From: Macrostomum lignano
Lineage: Eukaryota
DNA length: 64,000 bases
Direction of reading: 5' to 3'
Assembly: GCA_002269645.1 (NCBI GenBank)
Contig: NIVC01003111.1
Coordinates: 1-64,000, forward strand
A program made the position numbers and the translations under genes. Under the pieces are notes generated by a model, which saw nothing but the letters and a program-made list of their open reading frames with translations, did not search any database and was not told where the DNA came from. Shown piece by piece: positions 51,001 to 61,210 of this stretch; within the stretch, counting starts at the first letter, position 1; the number at the start of each line of letters is the position of its first letter.

Positions 51001-54000
51001 TCCTCTGCAACACGGATTGAACAAATTTATTCGACTTCATGTCAAATTTCATGTATCAAGCACACTAATGAACCAATGGAAATCCCTTCTACCTTTGCTG
51101 CCGTGCATCAGGCGCCAGTAACCACGTGCTCAATCCTGCAGTAGCTTGAGTCTTCGATCTCGTCCCGCTCCTGTTGTATAATTAAACAGTGAGTCACACA
51201 GTAATTTTACGTGAGAGAAGCGTCGGTAAAAATCTGTTGGGCAACTGGCCCTACACTGAGTTGTAAAATGCACAGCAGAGAGAAGCATATAAAAAATGTA
51301 TACGTTGCGGCGTAAAGCATTTCTCGTTTATAATTCTTGGAATTTGAACTTTTACATATCAATAATTCATATCCGAATGAAAGCGTGCAAAGAGGTGCAG
51401 CAGCTTATGTGCCTTCGTGTGGTCAATTTCGAACTCACGCTGAATTTGAGCTTCTTGTTTTTATCAGCGGATGCAAACTTAAAAGTTAAAGATAGTTGCT
51501 TAATTCTATTCGAGTCAAAGCGACTAATTTTAAGTTGTGTTTTTATACTCAAGGCTTTTATCGACCTCCTACAAAATACGTACGAGTGTTTACTCACCCT
51601 GAGCACAGGATGCAGCCGGAACACGGCTCTGGCGTCCTTGCGGTCGTCTGTGAGCGCAAGACGGCCATCCTTGTTGATGGCGAGGAATTTCCTGGTGCAC
51701 ATGTGCCGGATGCGCACCTGCTGCTCCCACTTGATGATGTCGCCGCTGATGCAGCCCTCGAAGAACTCCAGCTGCCAGTAGCAGATGGCGGATGTGGGCG
51801 GGAACATGGTCTTCGGCTTTGTCTGTTCGACAGCTCGGACTCGCAGGTGAACGTCTTCGACTTCGGGCTCGTTTAAGGTGCCCTCACACACCAGGTAGGC
51901 CTCCAGCTCGGTGTGGAAGAACCTGACGGGCTGTCCGGCTCGTATCTTGTTGGCCTCGTCCTCGGTCTCGTGGTACCGCCTGATCAGTGTAAAGCCGCTG
52001 AACCTCACGGACAAGTTGAGCTCGTAGGAGTCCGCGTACACCGGCATGTGGGCTTCGAACTTGTGCCGGCTGACGTGCAGGAACTGGCCGGGACTCTTGA
52101 CGCTCTCCAGCACCACCTGGTCCTCAATCTGCACGAGGTCGCCCTCGCCCTTCACTTTGAAGCGCGGCATCACGCGGAACAAGGCGAAGGCGGCGTTCTC
52201 GCTGCTCAGCGTCACCTGCATGTTGCTGCTCTCCGTCGGCGACGTGTTCTGTGTGCTGATGTGCACGAACTTTCCGGTGAAAACATGCTGCAGCTGCACC
52301 ATCTGGCCGTACAGCACCTTCTTGCCTTTCTGGCGCCTCTGCTCGAGAGCATTGTCCTCCTCCTCGGCCGCTGCCGCGATCTGTCATTAATGTTTTTGAT
52401 ATTTGGTTTTTCTTGCTCTTGAACTGCTAGTCCTTTCGACTGGTCTGCAACGCTCAACTCCATTTTCCGCCTCATCTTAGTCAGTGCATAATCTTAGTAA
52501 AGTCACTTTTGAGCAGTTCATATTCTATTAATGGTTTCAAAAGACCATTTTTAGTATATGGATGTTAGGGATTTAGTGGTAGGACGCTGCACCCGGCACC
52601 CCAAAATATATATTGCCATCGGCGGTTGCAGGGGCTCGCTGTCCGGATTGTATAGGGCCTTTTTCCTCGTGTTTCCATTTTTGTGACTTGAACTGACTTT
52701 TATCAATTACAAGGTTTTTCGCACAGCTTTGAAAAAAGCACACAACATTTCCCTACACTTACCTTGGCCTGTGTTAGCTGGGCCATTTGGGCCATGTTGC
52801 CAGAGTCTTCAATGCAGGAGGCGGCCAGCTTTCTGTAAGCCTTCTGCAGTTTGTAGCGGTTCGCAGCGCAAATTCTGAAGGACAGAACTGTATGGGAGAA
52901 ATGGTTAGTGAAAATTCCTTCTTCATTGGGACTGAAAACAACATTTGCACATACAGTACTCGTAAATGGTGTTGCATCGTTGAAGTCAGGGCATCTGTGT
53001 ATTTGCTCACTAGTAAGGTGGCGAAAGTTCTTAAAGAAGAAGTTTTTGTTCAAAAAATATAGATATGATGGGTCCTTGATGATGGCAAAAAAGGTTGGAG
53101 TTGTTTCCGGAGTTAACAGTTTCCGGAATTTCTCCTGAAATGGTTGGTTGTCAAAGCGAAGTCAGGTCGCCAAGCTCACCCTGTGCGTCGGGGCATCGCG
53201 GCTGCACCTTGTCCTCTTTGCTGTTCACTGCCAGATATGCGTGAGCGGAACTGCAAGTCAAGCAAAGTTGGGCATCCAGATATTTTTTATACTCTCGGAT
53301 CTGCTTACTAGAAAATGTACATGAATAAGCTAAAACATGGGCCCCGCTCAGGAGCCGGAGTAGCCCCAGCGGCAAATACGTCTGACTGTCGCGCGCACGA
53401 CCCCTGTTTTGAATCCGTTCGGGGCCACATTAATTTATGGTTTCTGTAACGTTGGTATTCATCGATGAGCTGGAACCTCGCCAGTGAGCACGCAAAGTTC
53501 TGTTTACCTATCTGTTTAACTATCAGCCGTTCTACACACGCAGTAAGGGATTCGTTTCACATTCCTTTCTCGCTACTGTTTAGTAGACGGTCACTAGAAT
53601 AAACTTAATGGCGGTTTATTGGTGCGGTTTTAAAGACGAACGAAGAAAATACGCAGCACAATTGATCTTGGTGTTCTCAAACAATCGGTCTAAAGGTCTG
53701 TAAAAGCGCTGCAATCTCGCGCACTGAAGAAGCTAAAATATCTTCAATGTACCTTTTATTAGTAATTTTCAAAGATTTGGGGTGGGGGTGGGGTGCCGGT
53801 GGAAAGATGTTCTGTGTTTGCACGTACATTTAGATCGTTAATAATTAAACATGAATGTACGAAGCAAAAGTACGAGCTAAAATAAGCAAAAATGATAAGG
53901 GGAGCCGTAGCCCAGTGGCAAAGCGCGGCACTCTGATGTACCAGCGGCCCAGGCTCGATTCCAAGTGCAGTCACATTAATTTGGGGCTAAATTGGAATCT

Positions 54001-54534
54001 CGGCTTGGGCCTGCTCGTGCAATTGACGCGGCCTTCAGGGCCAACCTCCAAGGCACAGTGAAGTGTACATGCCAAACGATAAATAAGTTAGGGCCACTGT
54101 GCACCCTGTGTGAGTGCCTGTGCGTATGACTGCGTACGTATCCGCGCGCTAATGTCTCTCACCGGTTGTGTGACAACCAAAAGCAACTGCACGAGCAGAC
54201 TACTAAAAGCAAACAAATATATAGCTGATCACCGCTGATCGTCACAATCGATGCACTTCTGTCAATTTCATAAATGTTTCATTTATTTTCATATTGTAAT
54301 TTCACTTCCTGTTCTTCCTAAAAAATGAGGTTCTACTAAACTTCACTATGGCTTCAAGGGGTTTTATAGCAAATCGCCTTTGAGGCTTTCAACGCCAGTA
54401 TTTAGGAAGTAATTTAATCCGGGTACTTTAAAGCTAGCTACTCACCTGGACTGCGTTGCGAACACGTATCCCAGTGCATCGTCCGAGTACAGGGCAATTG
54501 TGTCGCCGATGCACAGAACGTCCTCGCCAGCCAT
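36033..54534 (-). CDS. ITPR: IP3 receptor-like Ca2+ release channel, gene 3 (39 exons, ~2,700 aa)
   Basis: ATG at 54534. Exons: 54534-54446, 53250-53180, 52887-52763, 52380-51598, 51170-51093, 51004-50916, 50603-50478, 49943-49803, 49709-49524, 48854-48732, 48641-48417, 48315-48205, 47852-47781, 47682-~47440, 47337-47088, 46396-46297, 46048-45884, 45802-45715, 45648-45404, 45315-45192, 45008-44221, 44114-44046, 43971-43881, 43799-43713, 43638-43534, 43448-43374, 43207-43078, 42997-42856, 42719-42573, 42503-42471, 41910-41656, 41374-40046, 39542-39183, 38769-38543, 38451-38276, 37558-37331, 37164-37045, 36781-36644, 36203-36033 (TGA). Same intron positions and phases as gene 2; one -1 deletion near 51109. 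Confidence 0.92.
37331..37558 (-). CDS. gene 3 exon 36 (S6 and zinc finger)
   Basis: ORF 37310..37516. Confidence 0.92.
39183..39542 (-). CDS. gene 3 exon 33 (S1-S2)
   Basis: ORF 39179..39502. Confidence 0.88.
40046..41374 (-). CDS. gene 3 exon 32 (RIH-associated domain)
   Basis: ORF 40042..41322. Confidence 0.9.
43276..43305 (+). other. truncated tRNA/SINE-like 5' fragment in gene 3 intron
   Basis: GGGGTTGTAGCATAGTGGTTAGAGC has an A-box match; no B-box follows. Confidence 0.3.
44221..45008 (-). CDS. gene 3 exon 21
   Basis: ORF 44217..44984, translation matches the gene 2 ORF. Confidence 0.9.
51598..52380 (-). CDS. gene 3 exon 4 (beta-trefoil/MIR region)
   Basis: ORF 51367..52317; 783 nt as in gene 2. 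Confidence 0.9.
53899..54172 (+). mobile_element. tRNA-derived SINE-like element, copy 2 (first intron of gene 3)
   Basis: A-box TAGCCCAGTGG (53908-53918), B-box-like GGCTCGATTCC (53952-53962); body shared with 18020-18372. Confidence 0.7.
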
Positions 54535-56332
54535 CGAGCGACAAGATTCCGACTCCGCTGCCTAGTTGCGACTTTGATTTTTTCACAAAAAGGAAGCTAG
54601 GAGGCTCGTTTATCACTTTCACTGCCGTACCTTTTTGATTAAAGCTCAATAGCTTTTGTGCGGAGCTCAAGAGCTGCTTTTTGACAGGGAAGCTGGGTAT
54701 TATACTCGTAGAACGGCGTTTAAAAATTAGCCGTTGCTACCCCGGCGTCTTCGTATCCAAGCAGCCAGGTATTCAATAAATGGTCAGTTTGGCACTCGGC
54801 GTGGTGCCAACCAATGCGGGGCGAGTAGCTACCGAGATGGATGGCTCGGGACTCTCACCCCCCGCTTTATTTAGGGAAAGAAATAATCGAGCCTCTTTTA
54901 AGATGCTACGCGCTGTATTTTGGCGAGTTGTGCTGAGAGTATGCTAGAGTTGTGTAAGTATTTGAAGAGTCCCCCAGCCACTTATGTCTGTAATCGGTAG
55001 AGCAATTTGTTTCACAAGAATTTTCTGCCTCTGTGTTCTAAAACACCCCTGTGCGTGGCCCAGCTACTAAATACATTATACTGTTTGCCACACTTCACTC
55101 ATTCTATCATCCATTTCTTTAACGCTCCCCTCTTTTTGCTTGACCATTAGGCTCTATTCATTTTCTCATTCTATTCTGTTGCCACTGGCAACAACCAGGT
55201 AGACATCGCTCGTAGTAGAAGATTAAAATACGAGACAAGGCGAGACTCGTACAGCGGACTCTCTCGATCGGCACCTCACGTGAGACAAAGCAAAGAAGCT
55301 CCGTTCGGGATTTTGTCCATATTTTTATCCTTCTATCCTGTTTGTGTACCCTTCTCACCTTTATTTCACTCTATCTCGCTCTCAACCGTAGCCTACAGTC
55401 AGTTTGCAGCGGATTAAATAATGAAGAAAGACAAACATAGCGTGTAAAATATGCCAAACGGCTGCAAACAGAGCATAGAAATGAACAGAGGAGCTAACAA
55501 AAATTTTATTTCAGTTCTGCAACGAAATAATCAATTTGTTTAATTTAATAAATATGCACAGGCAGCCTGAGAGCTTACAGACTATTGTAGTACTTCATTA
55601 CCACTCAAGACAGATAGAGACAGTGCTATTTATAGAAAAGCATACACAAATTGTTTTGTTCATTTTGATCTCAACACTGTTTTGATGGAGCTGAAAAACA
55701 GAAAGAATCCCAACGCACTGATGCATTTCGGAGGACAAACAGATTGCTTTTCTCATCCCTAATTCGTTTACAGCAAATCCGCACTCAGTCGTCGCATGGT
55801 TTTTGAAACGCACCAGCCCAAGGAATGTACATGTACTCGCATGTAAATCTGTCCAAGGTACCGAGGTCAACAATAGGGATTTGCAGTGCTATCAGAGCGT
55901 GTTGGAGTGCAGTAGATGCGGTCTGTTGCACTCTTACAAAAGCCGCAAGTACTTGATGACGGCACTGCAGAGGGCCGCCCTAAAATATTGTTACCACCAT
56001 TAAGGGTCCTTAGGTCTTTAGCCGGGGTACAACTGTATCTAATTCACCAGTCATTTCAGGACACGGATGCCGCATGAGCGTATTCTCTGTTGAACGTATG
56101 CTCAATTATATGTACGCTCATTGTCACAGAGTAACGAGTTGTTCTTTGTTTAACTTCTTAGTAAGCTTGTGAGCTTCTTAGTTTAGCAGCCAACTAGGAA
56201 ACATTTATCACATTCCCAATATCAGAGATGCGCTGAAAAGAGCTTCCTCATCGCAAATTTCTTTCTAGCATTTGAGAAGTCCGGCAAAGCAACCAAGGCC
56301 ATGGTAAGAGCTAATAACCATGCTGAGATCTT

Positions 56333-56842
56333 GAGGAATTACCGAGATGTCAAGGCTGACGGGAGGAATTGCTGAGATGTCAAGGCTGACGGGAGGAATT
56401 GCCGAGATGTCAAGGCTTACGGGGGGAATTGCCGAGAGGTCAGGGCTGACGGGGGGAATTGTCGAGATGTCAAGGCTGACGGGAGGAATTGCTGAGATGT
56501 CAAGGCTGACGGGAGGAATTACCGAGATGTCAAGGCTGACGGGAGGAATTGCCGAGATGTCAAGGCTGATAGGGGGGAATTGTCGAGATGTCAAGGCTGA
56601 CGGGGGAATTGCCGAGATGTCAAGGCTGACGGGAGGAATTACCGAGATGTCAAGGCTGACGGGGGAATTGCCGAGAGGTCGAGGCTTACGGGAGGAATTG
56701 CCGAGATGTCAAGGCTTACGGGGGAATTGCCGAGATGTCAAGGCTGACGGGAGGAATTGCCGAGATGTCAAGGCTTACGGGAGGAATTGCCGAGATGTCA
56801 AGGCTTACGGGAGGAATTGCGAGAGGTCAAGGCTGAGAGGTC
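56333..56842. repeat. 30-bp minisatellite, ~17 copies (GCCGAGATGTCAAGGCTGACGGGAGGAATT)
   Basis: units directly visible from 56341, with a few length variants. Confidence 0.95.
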
Positions 56843-59266
56843 AGAAGCTAAATGCATTCGTAGTTTATTCAAAAAAATTATTCCATATTCATTTTGATGC
56901 CTCACCAACCGGGTGCCCTGACTGCTAGTTAATTCTCAAAATCAGGTGCTTGCGAAGAAGCAATCCTGTTTATTGAAGTGAACTCATTCTATTATGTCCC
57001 GTTCCGGCGTGCATCCGTCAAGATACATCTTATATCCCTTATATTCAGATTGCAGCTCTAGGAAAGTAGCCGAGTGGAATGTAGCTACGCCAGATTAGCC
57101 AAGGCAATGTCATCTGTGGTCTTGCCCCACTTCTCCCCTCAGATGGTCTGCTCAGCACGAATCTTAACTGAATTTTTCAAACCAAATTTGAATCTCCATT
57201 TGCAGACCGGTCAAGAACGGATTCAGCCGGCCGCAACTTTTACAAGCTGAGAAATTCAGTGTCCTATTTTGTTACTTTTTACGCTCGTGCGAATTTCCAT
57301 GCTCGGGTGCCGGCCTTTCCTCGCCTGCAATGCTTAAAGTTCAGCTTGTCACTGCACAGTGCCTACGAATACTGGAATGATTTTTGTTTCACTTATTTCA
57401 CACATTTTTATAGCTTAGCTATTGAAAGTATAACGGGTCAGCTCAAGTACCGCAGATCGGTAGCAGAGTTCTTAAGTAAACTTCCAAGAACACACAGCAT
57501 TTCAAGAACGTCAATGACACTGTGTATGCGACTTGTTGCGTTTCGCCCCTCCTGGACTTCTGAAGTGCACATGAAGCAAGTATGTAGCGATTCTTTCTGC
57601 TTCAGATTCACCAGTTTATGAAAACAACGTTCAGAAAAGTACTTGGAGATGGGCAGCACGAAAAGGTAGTTCTCTAAATCGATTTTGCGAACACACGCAG
57701 CAGGTTTCCCTCCCGAAACCATGCAGTGGTAAACTTTTAAACAACCACGCCCGGGTATCTCGTCTCAACTGTGGGTGATGCAATTCACGCCACACGGCCC
57801 CAGTTTAGGCTGGTGAGGAAAGAGTAGAGATCGACTTATAGCTGGAGTTGGATTAAAGGTGCCCCTTGTTGAGCAGTAATTTCGGGGTGAAACTTAAACG
57901 TATTGTTGGGCGTATTTAATTTTGTAGGACACGCTCTAAGTGCGGTTTAAAAACGAACGAGTTTTTACGGTCTGTAAGAGTCCTTCTACTTGTGTAGCAC
58001 GTGGCGTAGCCTCCAGGTGTAATATTGATACGAGTACCTATATCGACTGCTCACTCGCAAGCCCAGAGACAGCTACCGGTACGGGGCATATTATCAGACA
58101 GATCTGAGAGGATCTGTTGTTTTTGCTTACTATACCTTCGTCTGTAGAATAGAAAGCACTTTGTACTCTACTTGTAAGAAGTAGCATACAGCAGAAATGC
58201 GAAAAAAACGATTTCGACAGAAAATGTTGCACAGCTTTCAGACACTGTCGACTTTTCAAAATATAATTGTTCTCCTGAATTAGATTGAAACTATTTAACA
58301 ACAACAGAATCAATGACGTATGGTGCACAAAGCCTCTCTTATCTGTCTGTAGTCTTACATTTCTTCATTTTGAAAACCACTCTTTCCATATCTGCCTTAC
58401 GCTCGTATCTGCCCTCCCAATACCTCTCTGTGCTACGCAGTGACAGTCTTGCCCATTGTGTGTTCTGCCTGCTCTAGTCAACTTGACCCAAAGACCACTA
58501 GACGAAATGGTAAATTCTAATGGCGGTTGCTTTACTTTACCTACTTATTTTTTTAGAAGCGCATCGTCACGTGCACGAGCGTAAACACGTAAGATGAACT
58601 GCATTCTTTTGTCTGGCAATAAAATCAAAGCGATCGTTTGACACACGTGAACTGCAGTTCAGAAAGAACGGCTTCAAAGCATCAAAGCAGCAATATACTT
58701 CAATTTTAGCCTTAACTTTTAATTACATTAAAAACATTCGACAAGAAACTCCTGCCAAGCGAAAATCATTCAGATCCTTATAGTTATCAACATTTATTGT
58801 ACTAAGTAACAAAATATCGCACGAAACAAAATAGCAGAGTGACTCAATAAGAAGACATGACTATACATGCGCAGGAAGTTGCGGTATGAAAAAGTAGTAT
58901 TTAGACTTTTATCACTTACTGGCATCTCAAATACTGAGCGAATGCAAAGGCCGCCGACCACTCGCACTACTACTACGTCAACTTTAAAAAACGACTGTAA
59001 TCAAGAAATCTGTACTCAATTCTGATATACTCTATAAAACAGTAATTTAACACAAAGGTGCTCTAAAAAGTCTCACCCGTCAGTCTTATTTGGTTATAAA
59101 AATAGTGAAATCATAACTGTTTACTAATTAAAATACTTTAAAATATAATACAAGACCTTCGCGTGAGGTTGGGTCGCAGGAAAAGCCCCATGCTTGATGC
59201 AATTAAGATACAGCTACGCTCGTAGCTATATACCAAAGGTCAACAATTCGGTGGCGATGGTCAAGC

Positions 59267-60445
59267 CTACGAAAAGCTGGCTAATGAATCGTCGTCTGAG
59301 TCCTCCCATCCGAGTGGCAGGCAGTCGAACGTGTAGTTCTCCCCATAGTTGCTGTCCCAGAACGTCTGCCCCAAGGTGTCGTAGCGAACGCAGAGCGCCG
59401 CTCGATCGCCCGCCCCTGTGCCGAAGCCGGGCGGCATTGGGATCCGGAAAGCGAACCTGTCAGTCATGTTGGCGGCTGTGTCCGATGCCTCGTAGACCGC
59501 TGGGACCTCGCTGCAGTTGTGCCAGCCGTCGAATGTGACTCGAACAGTTACTCGCTTCTCGAAGTGCAGGTTGCACACCCGGATGTGGCCGGACAGAACG
59601 CGGCTGCTCTGATCGAACGACTCCCTCTCGAGCATTATCTTCTGAGACATGACTCGTGAGATGAAGCCGGCGCAGCTTCCCGGCTGAGGAAAGCACGGAC
59701 TGACCAGGAGACGCCACCGAGACTGACCAGCAGATGCGGGAGCCAAAGAGTCTCGCCTGCATCCAAGTCGCCGAAGAGTCGGCTCCGTCTCAGTCGGTGC
59801 GTCGAAGTTAAATACGTGGCGTACCTTGATGAGATCCAAGCCAAGCGAGTCGGCGAATCGCACCGCCTTCTTGGCGCGTCGGCAACTGTCACTGTCGGTC
59901 AAGCAGCTGCTCCTCAGCGAAGAGCACCGCTTGACGGCCACCCGCGATGTCCAGGTCTCTTCATCCTCATCCAATACTTCGACCAGATCCGTATCTGCGG
60001 CTTCCGTGACGTCATCCTCGTCCAATACTTCCACCTGGTCCGTATCTGCGGCTTCCGTGACGTCATCCTCGTCCAATACTTCCACCTGGTCTGTATCTGC
60101 GGCTTCTGTGACGTCATCCTCGAACGGATCGACGTCGGTTTCCTCTTCGCTAGCTGTCTGATCGCAGCTCCGCTGCACCCAGCCGTCGACTTGAGCCGCG
60201 TTGTCGGAAGCGGATAGCTCGCGATTCGTACCGACCTCTTTGAGTCCGATTTCTCGGAATGCACGACTGAGGCTATCGCATACGCCGTCGTCGCTCCCAG
60301 ATTCCATGCTGTAGAAGCCAGATGATATTTGTCTCAGGTGCGACGGTGTTGACTTGTCGATGCAAACGGCCAAAATTTCTTTTGGCAGCGTCGATCCATC
60401 GTTTACACGAGTAGTGCCAGACTTTCTGGTGACTGTATCGTTCAT
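59267..60445 (-). CDS. PPP1R3: protein phosphatase 1 glycogen-targeting regulatory subunit (PPP1R3/GM family, CBM21 domain), 392 aa, single coding exon
   Basis: PP1-binding RVxF-type motif KKAVRFADSLGLDL; CBM21 motifs GHIRVCNLHFEKRVTVRVTFDGW, TDRFAF, VRY...WDSNYGENY; subfamily letter not assignable. Confidence 0.9.
   Translation of the reverse strand: MNDTVTRKSGTTRVNDGSTLPKEILAVCIDKSTPSHLRQISSGFYSMESGSDDGVCDSLSRAFREIGLKEVGTNRELSASDNAAQVDGWVQRSCDQTASEEETDVDPFEDDVTEAADTDQVEVLDEDDVTEAADTDQVEVLDEDDVTEAADTDLVEVLDEDEETWTSRVAVKRCSSLRSSCLTDSDSCRRAKKAVRFADSLGLDLIKVRHVFNFDAPTETEPTLRRLGCRRDSLAPASAGQSRWRLLVSPCFPQPGSCAGFISRVMSQKIMLERESFDQSSRVLSGHIRVCNLHFEKRVTVRVTFDGWHNCSEVPAVYEASDTAANMTDRFAFRIPMPPGFGTGAGDRAALCVRYDTLGQTFWDSNYGENYTFDCLPLGWEDSDDDSLASFS
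59961..60122. repeat. coding 51-bp tandem repeat x3 in PPP1R3-like gene (DDVTEAADTDQVEVLDE)
   Basis: units at 59961, 60012, 60063 plus partial; visible in the ORF translation. Confidence 0.9.
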
Positions 60446-61038
60446 GTTCAGCTTGATTTGAAGTCGGACTGAAATTCGGATTTTTATTTTTAAAAATTAT
60501 TTTGCGTTAGCTATTTAATGTGCAGTTTAAATTTTCTTTTTTACATAAACTTGCGGAAAAGTGAGTACGCCAACCTCAAGAATTATGTCACTGTTTTTTC
60601 GAAAACAGTCGGTACTCTGGTCTGGAATAAACTGTTTTCCACACGTCCATTGAGCACAAATTAAAATTAGAAGCATAGTAGGTCAACATGTTTATAGTAT
60701 ATGTACTGAAGTATCAATATTTACTAATAACTCAAGTTTTCGACTGGATGTAAAAAGACGATTGAACTTGATTTGGAGGGTTACGTGGCCCAATACAATT
60801 ATGGTGATAATGATATGAATCATTAAATAATTCAGGTAAATAATTCTTTATCATAGGTGAAATGGGTGCGGCAATAGTAAAGTTACTTACAACCTTACCT
60901 CATCACGTGAAGACCATCTGCGGATTTCCAGGTTGACATTCGTAAGGAAATTTACCGTTCTGCCGGTACACAAAAAATCTACAGTCGCACTGACGCTTGG
61001 ACATTTTCCACAGCCTCAATAAATTTGCTAAATCTTAC

Positions 61039-61210
61039 CAGATAATAGAGAGGCAGTTTCGGCTATGCGGGCAGAGAAGTCAGTGAAAGAAAAATTGGGA
61101 TTGTCTGGATGCTTTGCGGTCCTCCTGTACAGCCGGGCGCGCGCGTACCTATGCGGGATGCGGGAATTGTTTTGCTGGCGTTTCCGCGCTGCCGCTTGGA
61201 TATTTAATAC
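61039..61210 (-). promoter_or_regulatory. probable promoter and non-coding first exon of PPP1R3-like gene
   Basis: CpG-rich stretch; minus-strand donor TCTG|gtaagat at 61039/61038; acceptor aatttcag| at 60469, 23 nt upstream of the ATG; TATTAAAT on the minus strand near 61201-61208. Inferred only. Confidence 0.35.

Noticed and set aside
53899-53975. Functional tRNA gene
   Set aside because: The B-box is imperfect, I could not fold a convincing cloverleaf, there is no oligo-T terminator, and it continues into a ~200-bp body shared with another copy. This fits a SINE.
17818-54534. Calling the channels ryanodine receptors
   Set aside because: The complete models are ~2,700 aa with no recognisable SPRY or RyR repeat domains; RyRs are ~5,000 aa.
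56265-56928. ORFs 56347..56928 (+) and 56265..56594 (-)
   Set aside because: By-products of a stop-free 30-bp minisatellite; no splice context or recognisable domain.
55598-58328. Short ORFs between gene 3 and the PPP1R3-like gene (e.g. 55803..56003, 57438..57722)
   Set aside because: No recognisable domain, coding-like codon bias or consistent splice pattern.
54534-60445. Functional linkage between the PPP1R3-like gene and the channel cluster (PP1 regulates IP3Rs)
   Set aside because: Adjacency alone is not evidence in an animal genome, and the CBM21 domain points to glycogen targeting.
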